From Myxococcaceae bacterium (GTDB lineage Bacteria > Myxococcota > UBA727 > JABDBI01), in assembly GCA_037134495.1 (NCBI GenBank), contig JBAXMC010000001.1, positions 1 through 58,933 on the forward strand: 58,933 nt of DNA, given 5' to 3'. The stretch's first letter is position 1, and the number at the start of each line of letters is the position of its first letter. Positions 35,576 through 44,736 of the stretch are shown one piece after another. Position numbers and translations under genes: made by a program. The notes beneath the pieces were generated by a model that made no database searches, was not told the DNA's origin, and saw nothing but the letters and a program-made list of their open reading frames with translations.

Positions 35576-36516
35576 TGCTCTTTTTGATTCCTATTTGTAT
35601 GCTCTTTGGGCCCATTACTATTGCTTCTTTGCTTGTTTGGGGCGAACGGCGTTTATTGGCTCTGTTTCAAGAACGTCATGGACCCAACAGACTCGGGTTT
35701 TTAGGCCTCGGTCAGCTTCCTGCTGATATCTTAAAAATGTTTTTCAAGCAGGATTGGATTCCGCCATTTGCAGAAAAATTTGTTTTTGTTCTTGCGCCGG
35801 CGATTATTATGAGCACCAGCTTGCTCTCTTTCATGGTTGTGCCAGCTGCTCCAGGATTCGTGGTTCTAGACTCTGAAGTGGGCTTATTGATTTTTTTAGC
35901 GCTATCTTCGCTGGGCGCCTATTCTGTTGTTTTGGCAGGGTGGTCATCAAATAGCAAATACGCTCTTCTAGGAGGACTCAGAGCGGCTGGTCAGATGCTT
36001 GGCTACGAAGTTTTCATGGGACTTTCTGTCATGGGCGTGGTCGCTCGAGCAGGATCTTTTAACTTAACTAAAATTATTGAGTCGCAATCAAATTGCTGGA
36101 ACATTCTGCCTCAGATTTTAGGCTTTGGAATTTTTTATATTGCGGCTCTGGCAGAGACTCACAGAACACCGTTTGATATTGCAGAAGCCGACAGTGAGAT
36201 CGTTGCTGGTTTTCATACCGAATACAGTGGCCTTAAATTTGGGATGTTCTTTGTAGGCGAGTATATCGGCGTGACACTGATGTCAGCCATGATGACCGTT
36301 TTATTTTTGGGAGGCTGGCAAGGGCCATTTCTACCCCCAGTTATTTGGTTTCTGATAAAAACTTGCCTATTAATCTGTAGTTTTGTTTTGGTTCGAGGAA
36401 CCCTGCCAAGACTACGCTATGACCAGTTAATTGTCATGGGTTGGAAATACCTGTTGCCATTGGCATTAATCAACCTGATGATAACAGGCGGAGTGATACT
36501 ATGGTCAGCATCCTAA
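35575..36516 (+). CDS. nuoH: NADH-quinone oxidoreductase subunit H
   Basis: [54 protein letters not shown]. An alternative GTG start lies at 35572. Confidence 0.92.
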   Translation: MLFLIPICMLFGPITIASLLVWGERRLLALFQERHGPNRLGFLGLGQLPADILKMFFKQDWIPPFAEKFVFVLAPAIIMSTSLLSFMVVPAAPGFVVLDSEVGLLIFLALSSLGAYSVVLAGWSSNSKYALLGGLRAAGQMLGYEVFMGLSVMGVVARAGSFNLTKIIESQSNCWNILPQILGFGIFYIAALAETHRTPFDIAEADSEIVAGFHTEYSGLKFGMFFVGEYIGVTLMSAMMTVLFLGGWQGPFLPPVIWFLIKTCLLICSFVLVRGTLPRLRYDQLIVMGWKYLLPLALINLMITGGVILWSAS

Positions 36517-37016
36517 AAGGCCTCTGGTTGGTCTTTAAACATATTTTCAACAAGCCTGTCACGGTGCAGTATCCTGAAGAAAAGCCCAAATTATCTCCAA
36601 GATACAGAGGCCGAATTGTTTTAACGCGAGATCCCGATGGAGCAGAGCGCTGCGTTGCTTGTTACTTATGCTCCAGCGTCTGTCCTGTAGAGTGCATATC
36701 GCTGCAGGCAACCCAAGACGAAACCGGTCGCAGATATCCAAAAACTTTCAGAATTAATTTCTCGCGTTGTATTTACTGTGGCTTGTGCGAAGAGGCTTGC
36801 CCTACAACCGCAATTCAGCTAACGCCTGATTTTGAAATGGCTGAATACCGGCGCGAAAACATGGTTTATGAGAAAGAGCACCTGCTCATATCCGGTCCTG
36901 GAAAATATCCAGGTTATAACTTCTATAAAGTCGCCGGACTTTCTATTGGCGGAAAAGACAAGGGAGAAGCTTTGAATGAGAAGCCACCTGTCGATATCAG
37001 GAGCTTGATGCCATGA
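36501..37016 (+). CDS. nuoI: NADH-quinone oxidoreductase subunit I
   Basis: Two 4Fe-4S ferredoxin motifs ([24 protein letters not shown]). ATG at 36501. The track start at 36441 overlaps nuoH and is rejected. Confidence 0.92.
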   Translation: MVSILKGLWLVFKHIFNKPVTVQYPEEKPKLSPRYRGRIVLTRDPDGAERCVACYLCSSVCPVECISLQATQDETGRRYPKTFRINFSRCIYCGLCEEACPTTAIQLTPDFEMAEYRRENMVYEKEHLLISGPGKYPGYNFYKVAGLSIGGKDKGEALNEKPPVDIRSLMP

Positions 37017-37459
37017 GCTCACTTTTTTACGTGACTTCAAGTATCGCGATTTTTTCAACTTTCATGGCGATGATCTCACGTCATGCGATACATGCTTTGT
37101 TGTATTTTATCTTATCAGCCTTAGCTTTAAGCTTAGCCATCTATGACATGGGCGCACCTTTTGCAGCTGTTTTAGAAGTGATTATTTACGCTGGCGCTAT
37201 TATGGTGCTGTTCGTATTTGTGGTCATGTTGATTAACCCTAGCAAAGACCTCAGTCGAAGAAGTTTTTGGATGCCAGGCTTTCTGGCATTAATTTTAGTG
37301 GCTGAGCTTTGTTTTCGTGTTCCTAGGCACTCTGTTGTTCCGCAGGCAAATCAGAATCTAGCACTCGCGTTGTTTCAGCAATATGGCACACTGGTCGAGC
37401 TCGTATCGTTTTTACTCTTGGCTGGCCTGCTTGCAGCTTATCGTATAGGTAAAAAATGA
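37013..37459 (+). CDS. nuoJ: NADH-quinone oxidoreductase subunit J
   Basis: Small polytopic membrane protein at the conserved operon position between nuoI and nuoK ([18 protein letters not shown]). Confidence 0.85.
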   Translation: MSSLFYVTSSIAIFSTFMAMISRHAIHALLYFILSALALSLAIYDMGAPFAAVLEVIIYAGAIMVLFVFVVMLINPSKDLSRRSFWMPGFLALILVAELCFRVPRHSVVPQANQNLALALFQQYGTLVELVSFLLLAGLLAAYRIGKK

Positions 37460-37728
37460 ACGAAATATTAACCGTATCGAGTATTTTGTTTGGCATAGGC
37501 GTTTTAGGCTTATTGCTAAGGCGCAATCTTCTCTTTATTTTGCTTTCCATAGAAGTCATGTTTAACGCCGCTGCTTTTGCATTTGTAGGCATAGCCTGTC
37601 AGCTCGGCCAAGTAGAGGGTCAAGTGATGTTTTTGCTCATTGCTTCTGTTGCCGCCGCTGAAATAGGCATTGGTTTAGCTCTCTTAATGGCGTATGACCG
37701 AATTTTTAAAACCATCGATCTAGGTTAG
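37456..37728 (+). CDS. nuoK: NADH-quinone oxidoreductase subunit K
   Basis: A 90-aa membrane protein with three TM segments (LLSIEVMFNAA...AAAEIGIGLAL), at the expected operon position. Confidence 0.88.
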   Translation: MNEILTVSSILFGIGVLGLLLRRNLLFILLSIEVMFNAAAFAFVGIACQLGQVEGQVMFLLIASVAAAEIGIGLALLMAYDRIFKTIDLG

Positions 37729-37734
37729 GTATTT

Positions 37735-39558
37735 ATGCAGTTAGCTCTCATACCAGCTTTCCCCATCATTGCTTCTTTCTTGTTGGCAATTTTCGGTCCT
37801 AAATTTTCTCGGAAAGTCGTTTCTTTCTTGGGAGTATTTGGTATCGCGTCATCTTTTATTGCAACGCTTTTTGTTTTATTATTTTTATTCAGTGGCGGGA
37901 AAGACTTTCAAGCTTATCGTGAAATCTTATGGACCTGGATTCCATTTTATTCTTCTGAAATGGACACGGCAACCATACAGATGGCGTTTTATTTAGACGC
38001 CTTGTCTGCTGTCATGCTCATGGTTGTGACTTTCATATCGAGTTTAATCGCACTTTTTTCAGTGACGTTTATGGAAGACGATGCCGAAATCAGCTGGTTC
38101 TTCGCCTGCATGAATTTGTTTGTTGGCATGATGCTGATCTTAGTCTTGGCCGATAACTTTCTAGTTCTCTTCTTAGGCTGGGAAGGTGTTGGCCTCACGA
38201 GTTATTTATTAATCGGATTCTGGCGCAATGACGTTTTAAATGGCCGCGCAGCAACCAAAGCTTTTATTACAACGAGAATCGGCGATATCTTCTTGTTATT
38301 TGGAATTTTTTTAGTGTTCTCAAACTTCGGAACGCTCAATATCCAAGAAGTTTTGGATCTGGCTGATGCAAACTGGCCCGTAGGTTCGCTTATCGCGACA
38401 ATAACAGCTTTGTGCTTCTTGGGCGGTGCCATTGGTAAGTCGGCACAGCTACCTTTACAGACTTGGCTAGCAGACGCTATGCGAGGCCCAACGCCAGTCA
38501 GTGCGCTAATTCACGCAGCGACCATGGTTACAGCTGGCGTTTATTTGATTGCTCGTGTCGGGACCATTTTTTCACTCTCCCCCATCGCTCAGTCCGCTGT
38601 CATGTGGATTGGTGCAGCGACTCTGATATTTGCAGGCATTGGTGCGCTTTTACAAAATGATTTGAAGCGTGTGCTGGCTTATTCAACGATGAGTCAGCTT
38701 GGCTATATGTTTCTAGCGCTCGGTGCTGGAGCTTATTCAGCAGCGATTTTCCATTTAGCAACGCATGCTTGTTTCAAAGCGTTGTTATTTTTAGGCGCTG
38801 GCGTCATTGGTTACTTGATGCATCACGAGTATAGCCTAACTAAGATTGGAAACTTGCGTTATCAGTATCCACTGATATTCTGGGTGTTCTTGATTGGTTT
38901 AGGATCTCTGACGGCGTTGCCTTTTATAACAGCTGGTTTTTACAGCAAAGAGCTTATTTTGTCTGAGGTCTTTTTGTCTTCTGCTGGCGGCATGCTTCCC
39001 TGGGCTATTGGAGCTTTCGGAGCTTTGCTAACTGGCGCTTACTCTGCCAGACTCTTTATCTTGTTATTTTATAAACCCTCTCCACAGGGTGGAGAGGGTG
39101 CCACGCATAGCGTGGCGGGAGAGGTTTCCGTATTCATGAAACTTCCACTCACTATCTTAGCCATTTTAGCTCTGGTTGCCGGATTTTTTCCTATCGCAGC
39201 TTTCGTTAGCCGCAGCGTGCTGAGCCCAGTTTTAAATACAGAGAGCCACACTTGGAAACTTGAAATCGCCGTAACAGTACTGGCTTTAATGGGAATTTTA
39301 CTTGGGACAAGAGGCAAACTTTTAAAAAATGCTGTGGGTTTAGATGCCTTTTACGAGGGCTTATTTACAAAACCTTATATTGCGATCTCTTCTTTCATGA
39401 GGGCTGACCCAATTAGGCCTGTTTACAGGCTCTTTGTTTTGCTAGCAGCTTCTCTCCAGCATTTGCTCGCACTCTTACAAAATGGCCGTCTGACCTATTA
39501 CGTAACAGCATTGATCTTAGCTGTTTTATTGGTTCTTAGCTTTGCGGTGTTGTCATGA
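37735..39558 (+). CDS. nuoL: NADH-quinone oxidoreductase subunit L
   Basis: Antiporter-like subunit (FLGWEGVGLTSYLLIGFW, KSAQLPLQTWLADAMRGPTPVSALIHAATMV). Confidence 0.92.
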   Translation: MQLALIPAFPIIASFLLAIFGPKFSRKVVSFLGVFGIASSFIATLFVLLFLFSGGKDFQAYREILWTWIPFYSSEMDTATIQMAFYLDALSAVMLMVVTFISSLIALFSVTFMEDDAEISWFFACMNLFVGMMLILVLADNFLVLFLGWEGVGLTSYLLIGFWRNDVLNGRAATKAFITTRIGDIFLLFGIFLVFSNFGTLNIQEVLDLADANWPVGSLIATITALCFLGGAIGKSAQLPLQTWLADAMRGPTPVSALIHAATMVTAGVYLIARVGTIFSLSPIAQSAVMWIGAATLIFAGIGALLQNDLKRVLAYSTMSQLGYMFLALGAGAYSAAIFHLATHACFKALLFLGAGVIGYLMHHEYSLTKIGNLRYQYPLIFWVFLIGLGSLTALPFITAGFYSKELILSEVFLSSAGGMLPWAIGAFGALLTGAYSARLFILLFYKPSPQGGEGATHSVAGEVSVFMKLPLTILAILALVAGFFPIAAFVSRSVLSPVLNTESHTWKLEIAVTVLALMGILLGTRGKLLKNAVGLDAFYEGLFTKPYIAISSFMRADPIRPVYRLFVLLAASLQHLLALLQNGRLTYYVTALILAVLLVLSFAVLS

Positions 39559-40928
39559 GTTTAGTTTTATTAATCGCAATTCCCTTATTAGCCGGAGTTC
39601 TCTCAAGTCTGTGGATACGCAAAGCCAATGCGATTTCTGCTGTAAGTATCGCTTCAGTTTTTGCTGTCACACTTTATGCTTATTTCTGGGGTGAATCTCG
39701 AACAGGTCTTGAGGATTTTTGGCTCGTTGAGTATCAAGCAAGTTGGTTTCATTTAGGGCTCGACGGTCTTTCATTTGTACTTTTGCTCACTTCAGGATTA
39801 GTGGCAGCGCTCGCCGCAATTCTAAGTTGGGAGAAGCCCAAAGAACAGTTTTTCTTGTTAACAACACTTTCAGGCCTGATTGGGCTTTTGCTGTCCGTTG
39901 ATTTATTCGCATTTTTTATTTTCTGGGAGCTTATGCTCATCCCCATTTATTTCTGGGTGTTGGCTTATGGCAAAGAGCGTAGAATTTTTGCAGCTCTGCA
40001 ATTTATTATTTTCACTCAAATCAGTGGTCTTGTCTTATTGGCATCGATTGTCGCTTTGTTTAGCTACACAGGCACCCTAGATATTAATCAGCTCACTGAG
40101 CTCTCTTTACCAAAGAATGTTGAACTCTGGATAGCCTCGGGATTCACTCTCGCATTCTTGATTAAGCTTCCAGCCTTCCCTTTGCATACCTGGATGCCGA
40201 GTTTATTTAGAGATGCGCCGATACCAGCAATTTTAGCAGGTTTGCTCGTCAAAACAGGCGCCTATGGTTTCTTACGTTTCGTACTTCCGCTTTTTCCTCA
40301 AAGCTCGCAAAGACTTGCACCCTTCATGATATTTTTGGGTGCTATTGGTGTGATTTACGGAGCACTACTCGCTTTCTCACAGAAAAATCCTCGCAAAGTT
40401 TTGGCCTATTCGACTTTAAGTCATGCAAGCTTGATATTGATGGGATTGTTTAGCAACAATTTACTGGCATTAAGCGGCGTGATTGTTTTAGTCGTCACTC
40501 ATGCACTGGCAAGCGCTGGGTTATTTATTGCTCTCGAAGCACATTTTGGGTTCAGCTTATTTTTTGCCATGGCCTTGCTCGGCCTACCAGGTCTAGGAAA
40601 TTTTGTCGGTGAACTTTTGCTTTTGTTTGGCTTATTCGGGCAACATCCTTGGGCAGCTATTATTGGAGCTTCAAGCTTAGTACTCGGAGCTGCTTATATG
40701 CTTCGTTTAATCATCCAGCTATATTATGGATCTCCAAAACCCAATAGCCTCACAAGAGTGCCCATATTGGCTTGTTCATGCATCGCTGTAATTTTGCTTT
40801 GGATCGGACTGTTCCCTGCGCCGTTACTTGATTTAGTTATACCAACTTGGACAGATACCAACGCAGACCCTATTCAAGAATCTATCCCTGAAGAAGAAGT
40901 CCCTGCTGAGGGAGAAAGCACCACATGA
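39555..40928 (+). CDS. nuoM: NADH-quinone oxidoreductase subunit M
   Basis: Antiporter-like subunit (FIFWELMLIPIYF, KLPAFPLHTWMP), at the expected operon position. Confidence 0.88.
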   Translation: MSLVLLIAIPLLAGVLSSLWIRKANAISAVSIASVFAVTLYAYFWGESRTGLEDFWLVEYQASWFHLGLDGLSFVLLLTSGLVAALAAILSWEKPKEQFFLLTTLSGLIGLLLSVDLFAFFIFWELMLIPIYFWVLAYGKERRIFAALQFIIFTQISGLVLLASIVALFSYTGTLDINQLTELSLPKNVELWIASGFTLAFLIKLPAFPLHTWMPSLFRDAPIPAILAGLLVKTGAYGFLRFVLPLFPQSSQRLAPFMIFLGAIGVIYGALLAFSQKNPRKVLAYSTLSHASLILMGLFSNNLLALSGVIVLVVTHALASAGLFIALEAHFGFSLFFAMALLGLPGLGNFVGELLLLFGLFGQHPWAAIIGASSLVLGAAYMLRLIIQLYYGSPKPNSLTRVPILACSCIAVILLWIGLFPAPLLDLVIPTWTDTNADPIQESIPEEEVPAEGESTT

Positions 40929-42019
40929 CAGCGTTTGAATTATTACTCGCTCCTATTGGCATCGCGATTACTGCTTTGCTTTTGCTCGCTTCTTTGAAGC
41001 GTTCTCAACAAATTTCTCTTGGAATTTCGATATTAAGTCTTATTGCCTCGTATTGTTTGAGTCACAATTCTTTTGAGCATATGGTCTTAATGTCTTCTGC
41101 TGCTATTTTATTATTTTCAAGCTGCAAAGAAGGCAGCAGCGAAGAGTTTAAGACTTTAATTTTGCTCAGTACTCTAGGTGCTCTCACCTGTGTGAATAGC
41201 CATGATTTGATGAATCTGTTTATAGGAATCGAGCTCTTAACGCTGCCCATCTACGGACTGATCGCCTGGGATGTACACAGTTCTAAAAACATTGCAGCCG
41301 CGATAAAATACTTGGTTTTGGCTGGAGCATCTTCGGCTTTCATGCTTTTGGGTATGGCCTTTCTCTATGCAGAATCAGGTTCCATGCTGTTAGAGCTGAG
41401 CAGTTTAAAAGGCGCCATCTTGCTCTTTGTCGGCATCGGTTTCAAATTAAGTTTGGTACCGTTTCATTTATGGACCGGCGATATTTATGAAGATTCAGCG
41501 CTTCCCGTGACGGCTTTTTTAGCGACTGTTTCCAAAATTGCCCTGGTCGGTGCACTCGTTCATATTGCACCAACCAAACCCATGATTCAGGTGTTGAGTG
41601 TTATTGCCATTTTATCGATGATTTCTGGAAGTTTGCTTACACTCAGACAACAAAACATGAGTAGATTCCTCGGTTACTCATCGATTGCTCACATGGGCTA
41701 TGTACTTGTGGGTTGGCTAGTTGGCGCTGATATAAGCCTGTACATGACTGTCTATGTAACAACGCTCATTGTCACTTTTGCGATTCTTTCTTGGAAACCA
41801 GCCAGCAAAGCCGGTTCGATTATTTTGATTTTGAGCTTATTATCGCTGATGGGCATGCCTGTATTGCCTGTTTTCTGGGGCAAGTATCAAATTCTGACGG
41901 CTGCATCTATGGGACACCACTGGACCTTGTTCGGCGTTTTCATTTTTTCAAGCTTCATCAGTGCCTATGGTTACGCTCGGTTAATTGCAAAAATTTATTT
42001 AAAGGAGTCTGAAGCATGA
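40925..42019 (+). CDS. nuoN: NADH-quinone oxidoreductase subunit N (short, 364 aa)
   Basis: Antiporter-like subunit (IGIELLTLPIY, KLSLVPFHLWTGDIYE), at the expected operon position. ATGA overlaps on both sides. Confidence 0.85.
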   Translation: MTAFELLLAPIGIAITALLLLASLKRSQQISLGISILSLIASYCLSHNSFEHMVLMSSAAILLFSSCKEGSSEEFKTLILLSTLGALTCVNSHDLMNLFIGIELLTLPIYGLIAWDVHSSKNIAAAIKYLVLAGASSAFMLLGMAFLYAESGSMLLELSSLKGAILLFVGIGFKLSLVPFHLWTGDIYEDSALPVTAFLATVSKIALVGALVHIAPTKPMIQVLSVIAILSMISGSLLTLRQQNMSRFLGYSSIAHMGYVLVGWLVGADISLYMTVYVTTLIVTFAILSWKPASKAGSIILILSLLSLMGMPVLPVFWGKYQILTAASMGHHWTLFGVFIFSSFISAYGYARLIAKIYLKESEA

Positions 42020-42900
42020 CACGCGCTTTATGCTTAATTTTAGTTCTGGCCATTGGGTGCTCAAGCAAAAAAGAAATACCAGCCGCTACACCTGCCCCTG
42101 CTCCCAAAGCCTTGATCACTCAATTTCAGAGTGTTTCTTTAAGCGGCCTAACGGCTCAGCAGCAATCTGGTTTTGTAAAGTTGCTGAACGATGAAATCTG
42201 CCCTTGCAGCAGCTGTTCAGAATCTTTTGCAGCTTGCTTACCTAAGTGCAAACCAGCTGTTTTATTGGCTCAGTGGGTCATCGACCGCCTCAAAGAAGGC
42301 GTCCCAATGGAAATGATGGCTCAAGCGTTAAGCCAAGAAATCAATTCTGGCTTTAGTGCAAACCCACAGATTATAGATATTGGTGATTATAGCTCTAAAG
42401 GCTCACCCAAAGCTTCTATGACCCTGGTTGAATTCGCAGATTTTGAGTGTGCTCACTGCAAAATAACGGCAAAGTCTATCGATGAATTTCTGAAAAAACA
42501 CCCTCAGGATATCAAAATTGTCTACAAACATTTTCCCTTAGAGGGGCACCAATTTGCTAAAAATGCCAGCTTGGCAGCTGAAGCGGCAGGCCTACAAGGA
42601 AAATTCTGGCCGATGCACAAGATGTTATTTGAATCTGAAAAACCTCTTGATGAAACGCAAATTCAAGCTTTAGCTAAGAAAGTCGGTTTAAATCTGGGTC
42701 AGTTTAAGAAAGATTTGAGCAGCACCGTAGTCTTAAATAAAGTCGAAAACAGCCTTGCAGAAGGGCAATTACTCGGAATTTCAGGAACTCCTGCCTTGTT
42801 TTTCAATGGCCGGCCTTACTATTTGTCTACAGACATGAAGGGCCTAGAGCTCAGATTGGCTATGGAAAAAGCACGCACAGGGTCAGATTGTACTCATTAG
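42016..42900 (+). CDS. DsbA-family thiol:disulfide oxidoreductase lipoprotein
   Basis: Lipobox LAIGC-S. Thioredoxin-fold active site FADFECAHCK and GTPALFFNG (cis-Pro loop). Translationally coupled to nuoN. Confidence 0.8.
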   Translation: MTRALCLILVLAIGCSSKKEIPAATPAPAPKALITQFQSVSLSGLTAQQQSGFVKLLNDEICPCSSCSESFAACLPKCKPAVLLAQWVIDRLKEGVPMEMMAQALSQEINSGFSANPQIIDIGDYSSKGSPKASMTLVEFADFECAHCKITAKSIDEFLKKHPQDIKIVYKHFPLEGHQFAKNASLAAEAAGLQGKFWPMHKMLFESEKPLDETQIQALAKKVGLNLGQFKKDLSSTVVLNKVENSLAEGQLLGISGTPALFFNGRPYYLSTDMKGLELRLAMEKARTGSDCTH

Positions 42901-42962
42901 GGTGCAATAACTGTCTGGATCGGATCAGTTCAATCTGATTTCTTCGCGATCATAATCTCTTC

Positions 42963-43076
42963 CTGGTTTCATAGCCCTTTAGGGCGGTATTATTAGAGCC
43001 CCGGGTGTAAACCCGGGGTAACAACGGTGGTTTACCACCTTCCCCTCCCCACCAAAAGCCTCGAAGAGGCGATATT
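42963..43076 (+). repeat. Left ~114-bp multi-hairpin inverted repeat flanking the Y1 transposase
   Basis: It is the reverse complement of 43535..43649, with 6 substitutions and one 1-nt indel by hand alignment. It contains the hairpins CCCCGGGTgtaaACCCGGGG, GGTGGTttACCACC and GCCTCgaaGAGGC. Confidence 0.9.
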
Positions 43077-43527
43077 AACCCCATAGATAGGTGGGATTAT
43101 ATTCGATTTGATTCTGTTTTAGAAAAATCAGATACTCTTCTTCAAATGAATTTTTTCTGTGATGTTCTTTTTGGTTTCTAACATAATGACGAACACGTTC
43201 AATTTGGGAGGCGCTGACAGTAAATGCGCCATATCCATTTTGCCATGAAAAGCTGCCTTGATAGTTTTTGCGTTCGTTTAACCATTTTGAAGAATTTGCT
43301 TTGATAACGCGAACCATCTCTGAAAGATTGATTCCTGCCCGAACCTTGAGAATAAGATGAAGATGGTTTTCTATGCCACCAATCCCTAAAAGAAGTTCCT
43401 GTTTATTTCGAATGATCCCAGCGATATAATCGTATAGTTCTGTCTGAATTTCTTCTTTAATCGTTGGAGCCCTGTTCTTCGTGCTGAACACCACATGATA
43501 GATGAGATTTGTTAACGTTGACGTCAT
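43075..43527 (-). CDS. tnpA: IS200/IS605-family Y1 (HUH) transposase, REP-associated (RayT-like)
   Basis: LIYHVVFSTKNR, the HUH motif HLHLIL, and SSKW...FSWQNGYGAFTVS...YVRNQKEHH. About 150 aa. Confidence 0.88.
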   Translation of the reverse strand: MTSTLTNLIYHVVFSTKNRAPTIKEEIQTELYDYIAGIIRNKQELLLGIGGIENHLHLILKVRAGINLSEMVRVIKANSSKWLNERKNYQGSFSWQNGYGAFTVSASQIERVRHYVRNQKEHHRKNSFEEEYLIFLKQNQIEYNPTYLWG

Positions 43528-43534
43528 ATTGCTA

Positions 43535-43649
43535 AATATCGCCCCTGCGGGGCTTTTGGCGGGGAGGGGGAAGGTGGTAAACCACCGTTGTTACCCCGGG
43601 TTTACACCCGAGGCTCTAATAATACCGCCCTACAGGGCTATGAAACCAG
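43535..43649 (-). repeat. Right ~115-bp multi-hairpin inverted repeat flanking the Y1 transposase
   Basis: It is the reverse complement of 42963..43076. The terminal hairpin is GCCCCgcaGGGGC, a compensatory change relative to GCCTCgaaGAGGC in the left copy. Confidence 0.9.
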
Positions 43650-43743
43650 CTGGTCATAATAAATAAATATCAGTAAAACAGAGATGTAAAAGTCAGCAAA
43701 CCCTTGCTAAAATCGGGCAAAGAGTTATTATGGTGCACTAATT

Positions 43744-44661
43744 ATGCCAAATATGAAGAAGATATTCTACATCATACAGCTGCTTTTACTGACTGTGTCT
43801 TGCTCTGGAAGCATTGACTCCGAAAACCTGCATCCAACAAGCAAACCGACAAAAATTTGGCTTAAAGCTGAAAGTTATCTGACTCATCTATCTGGAAAAA
43901 CAGAGAGATATAAAAGTTCTCTTGGGCGCCAAATAGAGCTGGGAGGGGTAGATGGAGATAATGAGTCAATCCCGGTGTTAGAGACAGAAATCACCCAAGA
44001 ACTTTTGCCTTATGTCGACATAAAGGGAAGCGACTGGTTTCTCAGAATTGAACAAAAAAGCTATCTGCTGGCGGATGCAGCCTTGCGTTCTAGAATGCAG
44101 GATAAAATTTTTATTAATTTCGGAGCTGTTAAAGGTTATCATCCGGTCCTTGATTTAGATAAAAGCGAATTGCAAAATGAGCCTATTTTGGCGCGTTTGC
44201 ATCCGAATTTATCTGCCTTTGGACCTGATGCTCCAATCGAGCAATTATTGTCAAGTTTTGGTCGTCAGTGGGCAAAGAAAAATTCAGAAGAAGAAGGGCC
44301 TAACTGTTTTTTTAGTGCGATTGCCTCTCTCAATGAAGGTTGGAACACACCTCGTTTTATGTCTGAACCCGAACTGATGTGCCATTTGAAGCGTTCTTTT
44401 ATTGAAATAGATGAATTAACTCAGTTCGGTGATGCATTAGTCTTGTTTGGAGAAGATGGAACGCCTGAACATGCAGCAACTTATGTTGGTCAGCTCTCAA
44501 CCGGAGAAAAAATCATCTTCACGAAAAATGGAAGAAGACCAAGTTTTTATCTTTTTATGGATTTAGACACAATTACCGGCAATGAGCATTCTTACAAAGG
44601 ATCAAAACCGAAGTTCTTTCGCTCAATCAAGACTTCTTTGCCATCAGATTGCAGTAACTAA
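43744..44661 (+). CDS. Lipoprotein with a C-terminal papain-fold (NlpC/P60-like) Cys/His signature
   Basis: Lipobox LLTVSC-S. Candidate nucleophile in GPNCFFSAIASL. FGDALVLFGEDGTPEHAATYVG...IFTKNG resembles the NlpC/P60 His strand. An alternative ATG lies at 43753. Confidence 0.5.
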   Translation: MPNMKKIFYIIQLLLLTVSCSGSIDSENLHPTSKPTKIWLKAESYLTHLSGKTERYKSSLGRQIELGGVDGDNESIPVLETEITQELLPYVDIKGSDWFLRIEQKSYLLADAALRSRMQDKIFINFGAVKGYHPVLDLDKSELQNEPILARLHPNLSAFGPDAPIEQLLSSFGRQWAKKNSEEEGPNCFFSAIASLNEGWNTPRFMSEPELMCHLKRSFIEIDELTQFGDALVLFGEDGTPEHAATYVGQLSTGEKIIFTKNGRRPSFYLFMDLDTITGNEHSYKGSKPKFFRSIKTSLPSDCSN

Positions 44662-44736
44662 CTAAAACTCAAGTTGTTTCTGCCCATGAAGACAGTAGCA
44701 ACACTCTATATTTGGTTTTGTGTTATAATAAAATAA

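Larger units (their letters stand above)
42963..43649 (-). mobile_element. REPtron-like unit: a Y1 transposase gene bracketed by inverted structured repeats
   Basis: The repeats abut the ORF. They begin 8 nt upstream of the ATG and overlap the stop by 2 nt. They are GC-rich relative to the surrounding sequence. Confidence 0.7.

Noticed and set aside
40925-42019. The short NuoN (364 aa) as a truncated pseudogene.
   Set aside because: The ORF is intact, retains the conserved antiporter-like core motifs, and is translationally coupled on both sides. Length variation alone is not evidence of decay.
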